Part shown: piece by piece, positions 37,470-45,761 of the stretch
How positions within the stretch are numbered: the first letter of the stretch is position 1
How the letters are laid out: each line of letters opens with the position of its first letter
Source of the DNA: an uncultured Subdoligranulum sp.
Lineage (GTDB): Bacteria; Bacillota; Clostridia; Christensenellales; CAG-314
Assembly (NCBI GenBank): GCA_964612455.1
Contig: CAZTCB010000004.1
Coordinates: 3,350 to 67,349, forward strand
Length of the DNA: 64,000 bases
Reading direction: 5' to 3'
The notes under the pieces: model-generated
Told to the model about the DNA's origin: nothing
What the model saw: only the letters and a program-made list of their open reading frames with translations
Database searches by the model: none
Translations under genes and position numbers: made by a program

Positions 37470-37978
37470 AAAGGAACGTTGCGTTGATAGGTATGTCGGG
37501 TACGTTAAAGACGTCGGTAGCACGTATTCTTGCCGACAAGTCGGACAAACGTTTCGTCGACACCGACGAACTCATCGTCTTTGAAAACGGTTTGTCAATC
37601 AACGAGATTTTTACGCGCGCGGGAGAAGAATACTTCAGGCGCATAGAGTCAAAAACAATACGAGCCGTTTCCGATTTTTTAGACGTCGTTATTTCGGTGG
37701 GCGGAGGCGCCGTGCTCGATAGCAACAATATGACTGCGCTGAGGCAAACAAGTACGGTGGTTTGTCTTACCGCAAGCAAAAGAGTTTTATACGAGCGATT
37801 GAAAAACGACCATACGCGTCCGTTACTTAACCCCGTTACTTATAAAAAAATTTCCGATTACGTCGACGAACGTAAGGGGCAGTACGAAAAATGGGCGGAT
37901 ATCACGGTTTCGACGAGCGGTAAAACCGCCATGCAGGTTGCCGAAGAAATAATAAATAAATTAAACAAAAAACAGTAG
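37466..37978 (+). CDS. aroK: shikimate kinase (non-canonical P-loop)
   Basis: 170 aa. DTDELI and SVGGGAV motifs fit AroK. Walker A reads GMSGTLKT (Leu where GK[ST] normally has Gly). Confidence 0.75.
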   Translation: MKRNVALIGMSGTLKTSVARILADKSDKRFVDTDELIVFENGLSINEIFTRAGEEYFRRIESKTIRAVSDFLDVVISVGGGAVLDSNNMTALRQTSTVVCLTASKRVLYERLKNDHTRPLLNPVTYKKISDYVDERKGQYEKWADITVSTSGKTAMQVAEEIINKLNKKQ

Positions 37979-38020
37979 TCGCCCGATATAGATAAAATTT
38001 AATTTTGATTTTTAAAGTAA

Positions 38021-38050
38021 AAAAAACTCCGCTTTTTAGCGGAGTTTTTT
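38021..38050. terminator. bidirectional rho-independent terminator
   Basis: AAAAAACTCCGC, loop TTTTTA, GCGGAGTTTTTT. Between convergent aroK (+) and the 996-aa gene (-). Confidence 0.8.
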
Positions 38051-38064
38051 ACAGTTTAATTTAT

Positions 38065-41055
38065 TTAACCTTGATAGTTGTTGACAACTTCTTCGGTATT
38101 CTTTTTGTGGGTAGACGCAAATTTTCTGATGATTATTGCGACAATAGCACCCAACATTGCGATGGTCACGACGAGAGAGGAGATAATCAACCAGTCTACA
38201 GGCTCTGTTTCTTCTGTGGTTTCCGTATCGTCATCGTCGGTTTCGGGGGAAAGAATAGTGGCAAGGTGAGTATTGAGCGTCTGAATGTCGTCACCGTTGT
38301 TTTCCCAATCGATGTAATAAGAGCCGTTTGTAGCGTCGGGATAGTGCTTTGCGTTAAACGTTGCCACCATCGTCTTAAGTGTCGCCATTTGCGCGTCAAA
38401 GTCGTCGTCAACGTTCTTTTTGAGTTCCGCAGCTTTCTCTACGATTTTATTAAAGTCGTTTTCCGTAGAGATATCGTTATAACGATAGTCTCTTACCGCG
38501 AGGTTGCTGTTGTTTGAAACAATCAGTTGCTCTTCGGCGTAAACGTTGTCGAGCTCGATATCGCCCGCCGTTTCGACATTGCCGTTTTTAAAGAGGTCAA
38601 AGTACTCTTTGCTGATCGTGTCGTTTTCTTCCGTAAGGTCCTCGAGAAGGGTACATTCGGCTCTGTCAAACAATACCGTCCCTTGTTGGTAGTCGATAGT
38701 TGTTTTTGCGTCGCGCTTGCCGTTCCACAGCTCGAGATTGACGGATACTTCGTTGTCGCCGGTGGCGAAGTAAATATAATAACGAACCCAACCGTCGCGG
38801 AGATCTTCGTCTACGGTTAAGAAAGAATTACTTACGTACGAAGAAGAAGAGCCGACAGTGAGGCTTGCGTATACTTCGGTTTTGCCGTCGGTGAGGTAGA
38901 TATGAGGTACCGCGCCGTCTACGCCTTTGGCAAGTACGCTGATGCGATAGAAGGAGTTAGCTGCAAGCGATATGGCGTCGGAACGATATCCGTGAGCGGT
39001 CGCCACGTTGTTGTAAATCATCAACAAAGAGTGGGCTTCGTCGTCCTTGTAGCCGTTAAAGTCTTGCTCGGTAATCCCGTATTTAAAGAGGTCGGAGGCT
39101 TGCGAACGATAAACGATGCCGCCGATACTGCTGTAAACGTCGTCGGGGTTTTCGTCGTTTGTCATGTCGTAAAACAACGCGCTCTTGTTGGGAGCGACTT
39201 TCGCCGCGTCGTAGTCGGAGGTAATCGTATTGAGACCTGCATACAGGCTAATCCAGTTGCCCGGCTCGACGGGGTAGTTTGTCGTAGGCGCGCTCGTCTT
39301 TATATTGTTAAAGCTTCCGTCCAACAAAAGTTCCGAAGGATTGGTCACCGTTTTCAACGACGCCGTTACGACGGAGGAAGAAGAGCTGACCGTAGTAAAA
39401 TTGTATTGGTCCAATTCCTCGAGCGAAAGTTCCGTCATATAAACGTTGCCCGTTACGGCAAACGATTCTTCGTTGGCAAACGTTTTCGTGGTAAACGCCA
39501 CACCGGAAGAATAGGTGGTAACTACGGATTTTCTTACGCCGACAGTGACCTGAATCTGTAAGTAATAAGTCGTGGTTTCGCTCGGTTGAATATAAAACTG
39601 ATATTGCGTCCAACCGTTGTTGGTGTCGTTAAGGATATCGTGAGAAGTATTTACGGACGCAAAATAAGCGGATATATTTTTGCCGAGAGTTTCGTCCAGT
39701 ACGAGATCTCCGTCGTCGTTGAGGTAGTAAGCGTTGAGATAGATGTAAGCGCCGCTACGCGGGTCGATGTCTTCCGTCCTTACCCAAACGGACGCGCGAT
39801 AACAACTGTTGATAGAGGGGGGAGTTACTTTAAACATGCCGAAATAAGCCGATTTATAATCGTTTTTCGCGGCTCTGTTAAGTTTGAGTATGTTTTCCGC
39901 CTCATCGTCGGCAAAAGGCATTACCAATTGCATGTCTTCGTCCTTGGTGATGTTTACGCTTTGAGCAGCCATTTTCATGTATTCGTCATGGCTCAACGTC
40001 GTCAAATCGCTCAGGTTTGCGGTTTCGTGAGTTGCGTAATCCCAATCTACGAGTTTAGAATTGGTCTCGTCGGTGTCGTAGGAGTAACTGACGTAGTTTT
40101 TGCTCGAGTCGAGCGTTTTTTGCTCGTTACGAATAAACTCGCCGTGGCTTATTGATTCGGTCGAAATCCAACCGAACATAATAAAACCGTATGCGGAAGA
40201 AGAGGATCTGCCGAGTCCCATTTCAAGGTAAGCGGTAGAAGAAGACGTCTTGGAGCCTTCGATATAAAAGTCAAACCTCGTCCAACCGTTGCTCTTGGCG
40301 TCGGCAGGAGCGTTGTTGATTGCGTCGGAAGTCACGTTGTATGTCACGAGATAGCTCGCGTCCGAAGTGCCTGTCTGACTCTTTTTGATAGCAACGTACG
40401 CACCGTCCTCGCCGACGATGTTTTTGGTATAAACCCACACGGAAACTTTCATGTACTTTCCGCTCGATATGGAAAAACTACTCGACATCACGCGCGTCGC
40501 GTCGGACTCCGCCGCGAGAGTCTTTTTTATCAGATATGCTCTCGTATCGTCGTCGTCTCTGCCTTCAAACTCGGGATAACCGGGTTGAGCCAGCTCGGCT
40601 TGTCCTTCAAGCGTACTGCTGACCACGACGCCTTTGGCTGTCAGGTCTTTGACCACGTTGCTCCAATCGGCAAGGTCTACCACGCCCATGGTGACGTTGC
40701 TCGGAGAAGAAGTAGTGGAGTAGCGCCACCCCATGCTACTGTCGATGGAGCTGTCCACCACCAACGGATAACTCAAATTTTTGCCGTTGGCAAAGGTGTT
40801 TGAAAAGTCAACGTTGGTAATCGTGGTGTCCGACGACGGATAAGAATTGCTGTCGGACGAGATAGTCGAAGGGATGACCTCAGTGTACGTAGCAACGCAC
40901 AGAGACGCCACCACCGCAACGACGAGCACCAAGCAAAGGATTAACGAAGTCCAAAGCTTTTTACGGAAAACGACGTTTTTAGCGGCAGACGCTTCCGCTT
41001 TGCCGCCTGCTTTGTAAGCCGGAGTGTAAAGTTTTTCATTCTGTTGTTTCTTCAT
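38065..41055 (-). CDS. large doubly membrane-anchored surface protein with three CBM4/9-like modules, unknown function
   Basis: 996 aa. AGGTGA RBS. TM at about residues 35-56 and about 955-977. Three internally homologous modules (VSVWVYT..GWTRFDFYIEGS; ASVWVRT..GWTQYQFYIQPS; RISVLAKG..GWVRYYIYFATG). Acidic linker ETDDDDTETTEETE before the C-terminal TM. Confidence 0.75.
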   Translation of the reverse strand: MKKQQNEKLYTPAYKAGGKAEASAAKNVVFRKKLWTSLILCLVLVVAVVASLCVATYTEVIPSTISSDSNSYPSSDTTITNVDFSNTFANGKNLSYPLVVDSSIDSSMGWRYSTTSSPSNVTMGVVDLADWSNVVKDLTAKGVVVSSTLEGQAELAQPGYPEFEGRDDDDTRAYLIKKTLAAESDATRVMSSSFSISSGKYMKVSVWVYTKNIVGEDGAYVAIKKSQTGTSDASYLVTYNVTSDAINNAPADAKSNGWTRFDFYIEGSKTSSSTAYLEMGLGRSSSSAYGFIMFGWISTESISHGEFIRNEQKTLDSSKNYVSYSYDTDETNSKLVDWDYATHETANLSDLTTLSHDEYMKMAAQSVNITKDEDMQLVMPFADDEAENILKLNRAAKNDYKSAYFGMFKVTPPSINSCYRASVWVRTEDIDPRSGAYIYLNAYYLNDDGDLVLDETLGKNISAYFASVNTSHDILNDTNNGWTQYQFYIQPSETTTYYLQIQVTVGVRKSVVTTYSSGVAFTTKTFANEESFAVTGNVYMTELSLEELDQYNFTTVSSSSSVVTASLKTVTNPSELLLDGSFNNIKTSAPTTNYPVEPGNWISLYAGLNTITSDYDAAKVAPNKSALFYDMTNDENPDDVYSSIGGIVYRSQASDLFKYGITEQDFNGYKDDEAHSLLMIYNNVATAHGYRSDAISLAANSFYRISVLAKGVDGAVPHIYLTDGKTEVYASLTVGSSSSYVSNSFLTVDEDLRDGWVRYYIYFATGDNEVSVNLELWNGKRDAKTTIDYQQGTVLFDRAECTLLEDLTEENDTISKEYFDLFKNGNVETAGDIELDNVYAEEQLIVSNNSNLAVRDYRYNDISTENDFNKIVEKAAELKKNVDDDFDAQMATLKTMVATFNAKHYPDATNGSYYIDWENNGDDIQTLNTHLATILSPETDDDDTETTEETEPVDWLIISSLVVTIAMLGAIVAIIIRKFASTHKKNTEEVVNNYQG

Positions 41056-41127
41056 TTAACTCACCTATAGTTGAAAAAATTTGTTGTAGTTACGCATAGC
41101 GAGCACAACTTCTCATTATGCTAAGTT

Positions 41128-41156
41128 ATTTTAATACATAATCGAAAAAAAAGCAA
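41128..41156 (-). promoter_or_regulatory. sigma-70-type promoter of the 996-aa gene
   Basis: Minus strand reads TTGCTT-17 nt-TAAAAT, about 70 nt upstream of the ATG at 41055. Confidence 0.5.
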
Positions 41157-41235
41157 TGAATTTTACAAACAAAGTATCTGTTTTTTTATATTTTTATTGA
41201 AATTGTAAAAAATATATCAAACACAGAGGCTATCG

Positions 41236-41604
41236 ATGTCGGAAAAAAATTGGGTTAAGAAAATACTTTTTGTTATCTTTGGCGTTATTATCGGTTTCGT
41301 TAACGGTTTTTTGGGTAGCGGAGGCGGTACTATAGCCGTTACGGCGTTGCTTACCGTCGGCGGACTAAACCAAAAAAACGCTCAGGCGACGGCGTTGTTG
41401 GTGATTTTGCCGGTAAGCGTAGTCAGTGCGGTCGTATACCTCGTCAACGGCGCGGTCGACATAGAAAAAACCGTCTTTTCCACCATAGGTATAGTGGTAG
41501 GCGGCGGACTCGGCGCGGTGTTGCTCAACAAACTGCAAAGCAACGCCGTCAAGTTGATTTTTGCTTTGATACTTTTAGCAGCGGGAGTGAAAATGTTTTT
41601 ATGA
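41236..41604 (+). CDS. half-size TSUP (TauE/SafE) family membrane protein, 4 TM
   Basis: 122 aa. GFLGSGGGTIAV motif near the N-terminus and a family-typical C-terminal LLAAGVKMF. Confidence 0.75.
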   Translation: MSEKNWVKKILFVIFGVIIGFVNGFLGSGGGTIAVTALLTVGGLNQKNAQATALLVILPVSVVSAVVYLVNGAVDIEKTVFSTIGIVVGGGLGAVLLNKLQSNAVKLIFALILLAAGVKMFL

Positions 41605-42086
41605 CGATTTTATTGATTATATTTGGCTTTTTGGGCGGCGTTTTGGGCGGAATGGGTATGGGCGGAGGCACTTTGCTTATACCGTTGCTCAGTTTTCTCG
41701 ATATTCCCCAGCGCACTATTCAGGCAATAAACCTGATAGGTTTTTTACCGATGTCGATTGTGGCGTTGTGCTTTCACTTTAAAAACGGACTCGTAGAGAC
41801 CAAGGATTTGCTATGGCTCGTATTGCCTGCCGTAGCGGCGTCCGTAGGGGGCGCGATATTGTCCGGGGTTTCGAGTGAAAAGGTATTGAGGTACTGTTTC
41901 GGCGGATTGCTGCTCGTTCTCGGCGTATGGCAGCTCGTCAAGTGTCTCTCCGCCGCCGTGAAGGAAGCGAAAGTAAAAAAAATAGTGGCGGAGCAAAGAA
42001 AAAGCATTAAAGCCGACGCAAATGTCGTATATAATTATATTGATAGAAAAAATACCGCAAATCGACAGGGAAAAGGGCAAAAGTAA
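41601..42086 (+). CDS. half-size TSUP (TauE/SafE) family membrane protein, 4 TM plus basic tail
   Basis: 161 aa. ATGA overlap with the preceding gene. GGMGMGGGTLLIPLL motif. About 45-aa K-rich cytoplasmic tail. Confidence 0.75.
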   Translation: MTILLIIFGFLGGVLGGMGMGGGTLLIPLLSFLDIPQRTIQAINLIGFLPMSIVALCFHFKNGLVETKDLLWLVLPAVAASVGGAILSGVSSEKVLRYCFGGLLLVLGVWQLVKCLSAAVKEAKVKKIVAEQRKSIKADANVVYNYIDRKNTANRQGKGQK

Positions 42087-42146
42087 TCGTTTTAAATTCT
42101 CAGAGGTGTCAATGTGGTGAAATTTGTCATTTTTTTGCCCATTTTC

Positions 42147-42175
42147 TTGACCTTTTTACGGATGTTAACTATAAT
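42147..42175 (+). promoter_or_regulatory. sigma-70-type promoter of the rnf operon
   Basis: TTGACC-17 nt-TATAAT, about 60 nt upstream of the rnfC TTG start, which has a GGGAGG RBS. Confidence 0.6.
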
Positions 42176-42234
42176 ATAAAATATCAAAGTAACGTGGGAG
42201 TATCTTTAATGCGCTACGACTCGGGAGGTTTATT

Positions 42235-43524
42235 TTGACAGGCATAAAGACAAAGACCTTTAAAAAGGGCGTTCATTTTGACGATAAAAAGTACTTGACC
42301 AAAGACGTTGCGATAGAGGAAATGCCCCTTATCGACGATTATTTCGTCGGTTTGTCTCAACATATAGGAGCGCCTGCCACGGCGTTGGTTGCCGCGGGCG
42401 ATACAGTGGCTGAGGGGCAGTTGATAGCAAGGGCGGGCGGTTTCGTTTCGGCAAACGTTTATTCTCCCGTCAGCGGTCAGGTCGTCGGTATAGAAAGGCG
42501 CGAAAACAAGTTTGGCGTTATGGCGGATTACGTTCATATACGTCGAGTCGAGGGCGAGGAGGTTACACTGCCGCCGATAGACGTTAACGACGGCAAAGCG
42601 ATAGCCGCTCGTATCGCGGAGGCGGGTATAGTCGGTCTTGGCGGAGCGGGTTTCCCCGCGCACGTCAAAGCCGCGCCGAAGAAACCCGTTGATTTACTTA
42701 TTATCAATGCCGCCGAGTGCGAACCGTATCTCAACTGCGACAACAGACTGTTGATAGAAAAACCTTACGAAGTCATAGCGGGTGCCAAACTCATAGCCAA
42801 GACGATCAACGTCGATACGATTATCGTCGGTATAGAGGAAAATAAACCGCGCGCTTACGAACATGTCTCTTCGAGTAGCGACGCGCATGTCGTTTTATTA
42901 AAAAAGAAATATCCGCAAGGCAGCGAGAAACAGCTCATTTACGCATGCTGCGGACGCAAAGTTCCGACCAAGGGGTTGCCTATGGACGTAGGCGTAGTGG
43001 TGCAAAACGTTGCGACGTGTTACGCCGTATACGAAGCGGTAATGTTAAATAAACCGCTGTACCAGCGCGTACTTACCGTCAGCGGATTGGGCGTAAACAA
43101 TCCCAAAAATCTCCTCGTAAAAATCGGTACGCCTTACAGCGCGATACTCGATTATTGCGGCGGCATCAAAGAAAACACCGTCAAACTCATTTCGGGCGGT
43201 CCCATGATGGGCGTCGCTATGGGTAACGCCAACGACGTTACCACCAAGACGGACAGCGGGTTGTTGGCGTTAGTCGAGGGCGAGGCAAACAGCGCTCAAC
43301 CGTCGGCTTGTATACGTTGCGGCAGGTGCGTTGCCGCTTGCCCGATGAATCTCATGCCTCTTTATATCGACTTTTACACACAGGCGGGAGATTATCACGA
43401 AGCAGTTAAATACGGGGTAGAGCACTGCATGGAGTGCGGTTGTTGCGCTTACGTCTGCCCCGGCAAACGACCGATAGTACAGAGCGTTAAACTCTGCAAG
43501 GCAAAACTAAGGGAGAAAAAATGA
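42235..43524 (+). CDS. rnfC: Rnf electron transport complex subunit C
   Basis: 429 aa, TTG start. GLGGAGFP NADH/FMN site. Two 4Fe-4S motifs CIRCGRCVAACP and CMECGCCAYVCP. Confidence 0.92.
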   Translation: MTGIKTKTFKKGVHFDDKKYLTKDVAIEEMPLIDDYFVGLSQHIGAPATALVAAGDTVAEGQLIARAGGFVSANVYSPVSGQVVGIERRENKFGVMADYVHIRRVEGEEVTLPPIDVNDGKAIAARIAEAGIVGLGGAGFPAHVKAAPKKPVDLLIINAAECEPYLNCDNRLLIEKPYEVIAGAKLIAKTINVDTIIVGIEENKPRAYEHVSSSSDAHVVLLKKKYPQGSEKQLIYACCGRKVPTKGLPMDVGVVVQNVATCYAVYEAVMLNKPLYQRVLTVSGLGVNNPKNLLVKIGTPYSAILDYCGGIKENTVKLISGGPMMGVAMGNANDVTTKTDSGLLALVEGEANSAQPSACIRCGRCVAACPMNLMPLYIDFYTQAGDYHEAVKYGVEHCMECGCCAYVCPGKRPIVQSVKLCKAKLREKK

Positions 43525-44504
43525 TGGAAAACAAGACTTTTTTAGACAGTAGTTCTCCTCACATTCGCGGAAAGTCAACGACGAAAAAAATAATGCTTGA
43601 CGTAATAATCGCTTTGTCAGCGCCTTTTTACGCGGGTTTGTGGTTTTTTGGTTTTCGTGCGTTGCTCGTGGTTTTTTTGGCGGTCGCTTCGGCATACCTG
43701 AGCGAAGTCGTTTTTAACCTTTGTTGCAAAAAAACACTCAGGGAGGCTCTCGATATCGACCTTACGAGTATCGTTACGGGATTTATCATAGGGCTGTCTC
43801 TCAATGCCAACGCCGCATGGTATTTGCCCGTAATGGCGAGTGTTTTCGCCGTTGTGGTGGTAAAAATGCTTTTCGGCGGCACGGGTAACAACATAGTCAA
43901 CCCGGCAATCGCGGGCAGAGGATTTATATTTATCTCGTTTATCGGCTCTTCCGCAAGCAATATGGCGAGCAATTGGACGACCACCGACGGCAACGTGCTT
44001 GCCGGTGCCACTCCGTTGAACGATATCTTAAACGGAATCGATCCCGGCATAACCAATCTCGATTTGTTTTTGGGTACCAACGTGGTCGGTTGTATCGGCG
44101 AGACATGCAAGATAGCGATAATAGTCGGTTTTCTTTACCTCGTGGTGAGGAGGGTAATTGATTTTAAATATCCTTTGATTTATATCGCGGTGACGGGATT
44201 GTTTACCGTGGCGTTGAAGGGATTTGATTTCAGCTGGTTTTTACCGAGTATTCTCGGCGGCGGTCTCATGTTTGTCGCCGTGTTTATGGCTACGGACTAC
44301 GTCACGAGTCCTACGACGAAACTCGGCAATTATATTTACTTTACGGCACTCGGTTTGCTGACGGCGGGATTGAGGGTTGCATGTAAAATGCCGATTATTA
44401 CTTTTGCCGTCTTGTTGATGAACTTCCTCGTTCCTTTTATCGACAAATTGGTGGTGCCGAAACCCTTCGGGTATCGACAGCCGGATAAGGAGGAGAAAGC
44501 ATGA
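43521..44504 (+). CDS. rnfD: Rnf complex subunit D
   Basis: 327 aa polytopic NqrB/RnfD family. SSPHIR N-terminus. AGATPL flavinylation-region motif. Confidence 0.9.
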   Translation: MMENKTFLDSSSPHIRGKSTTKKIMLDVIIALSAPFYAGLWFFGFRALLVVFLAVASAYLSEVVFNLCCKKTLREALDIDLTSIVTGFIIGLSLNANAAWYLPVMASVFAVVVVKMLFGGTGNNIVNPAIAGRGFIFISFIGSSASNMASNWTTTDGNVLAGATPLNDILNGIDPGITNLDLFLGTNVVGCIGETCKIAIIVGFLYLVVRRVIDFKYPLIYIAVTGLFTVALKGFDFSWFLPSILGGGLMFVAVFMATDYVTSPTTKLGNYIYFTALGLLTAGLRVACKMPIITFAVLLMNFLVPFIDKLVVPKPFGYRQPDKEEKA

Positions 44505-45097
44505 GCGTGAAAAAATATACCGAAAACAAGTCAACGGCGATTAAAGCGGTAGTGGTGCTCGTCTCGATAGCGGTGATACTCGGCGGTTTGTTGGCTGTAC
44601 TTAACGACTTGTTGTCCGTTTCGGACGACGAGCGAACGATGCGTATTATAAAGACGTTTTACGACGGACAAGAAAAAAACTTTACGGTCGTCGACGTATC
44701 GGAGGACTCGAAGACAAACGATTTCGGTACCGTCGATACGGTGTATTCGATAGAAGACGGCAGTTACCTTATAAAGACCACGGGAAAGGACGGTTTCCAC
44801 GGCGGTACGGTTTCGATGTGGTTTCTTGCAAAAGTTTCCGACGGAGAGTTTGTAGGTTTTACTAAAGTAAAATACGCCGACAACGACGGTCAGACGCTTA
44901 TGTCCAATTTTTCGGACGAGTATTACGACGATTATGTCGGTGACGGAGTAAAAAACGGCTTTTATTCGACGAAAAGCGGTGTCAACGTCAAGACTATGGC
45001 GGGCGCCACGTACAGTAGCAACGCCGTCAACAACGCCGTCAATTGCGCTTACGATTATATCCAAAATGTTTTGACGGAGGTAAGCCATGAAAGTTAA
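44501..45097 (+). CDS. rnfG: Rnf complex subunit G (FMN-binding)
   Basis: 198 aa. N-terminal TM. FMN-attachment motif AGATYSSNAV. Confidence 0.85.
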   Translation: MSVKKYTENKSTAIKAVVVLVSIAVILGGLLAVLNDLLSVSDDERTMRIIKTFYDGQEKNFTVVDVSEDSKTNDFGTVDTVYSIEDGSYLIKTTGKDGFHGGTVSMWFLAKVSDGEFVGFTKVKYADNDGQTLMSNFSDEYYDDYVGDGVKNGFYSTKSGVNVKTMAGATYSSNAVNNAVNCAYDYIQNVLTEVSHES

Positions 45098-45761
45098 AAA
45101 CATTGCTCTCGACGGACTCGTCCGTCAAAACCCCACTTTCAGACTCGTTCTCGGTACGTGCCCGACGTTGGCGTTGACTACTCTCGCGGTCAACGGCATA
45201 GGTATGGGACTTGCGGTTACGTTCGTTTTGATATGCAGCAACGTTTTAGTCAGTTTGTTGCGCAACGTTATACCGGATAAAATTCGTATACCGGCGTTTG
45301 TCCTCATTATTGCGAGTTTCGTTACCGTGGTTTCTCTTGTGCTTGACAAGTATATGCCGGATTTGTACGAAACCATGGGCGTTTACCTGCCGCTTATTGT
45401 CGTCAATTGCATTATTCTCGCGCGTGCGGAGTCTTTTGCCAGCCACAACAAGGTCGGTGCGGCGGCGTTGGACGGATTGTTTATGGGACTTGGATTTACC
45501 GTTGCTTTGACTCTGATGGGTATAGTGAGAGAGTTGTTGAGCAAGGGTAGTTTCTTCGGTATACGCCTTTGGGATTTCAGAATTGACTTTTTCGCGTCTG
45601 CCCCGGGAGCTTTTTTGACTTTCGGAATAATGATAGCGTTGTTTACCGTCGTTTACAATTCGGTAGAAAGAAAAGTTAAACGTAAAAATTTCGTCGGTAC
45701 GACGGCGTCGCAAAACGAGGAGCGACAAATTACGGCAGAGGAGGGCGCAAACAATGTCTAA
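45087..45761 (+). CDS. rnfE: Rnf complex subunit E
   Basis: 224 aa. LVLGTCPTLA and PLIVVNCIIL motifs of the NqrD/RnfE family. Confidence 0.9.
   Translation: MKVKNIALDGLVRQNPTFRLVLGTCPTLALTTLAVNGIGMGLAVTFVLICSNVLVSLLRNVIPDKIRIPAFVLIIASFVTVVSLVLDKYMPDLYETMGVYLPLIVVNCIILARAESFASHNKVGAAALDGLFMGLGFTVALTLMGIVRELLSKGSFFGIRLWDFRIDFFASAPGAFLTFGIMIALFTVVYNSVERKVKRKNFVGTTASQNEERQITAEEGANNV

Noticed and set aside
42087-42146. Direct repeat TGTCA...TGTCA followed by T7 after the second TSUP gene, considered as a terminator.
   Set aside because: The two arms are direct, not inverted, so no hairpin can form. It is probably just AT-rich spacer ahead of the rnf promoter.
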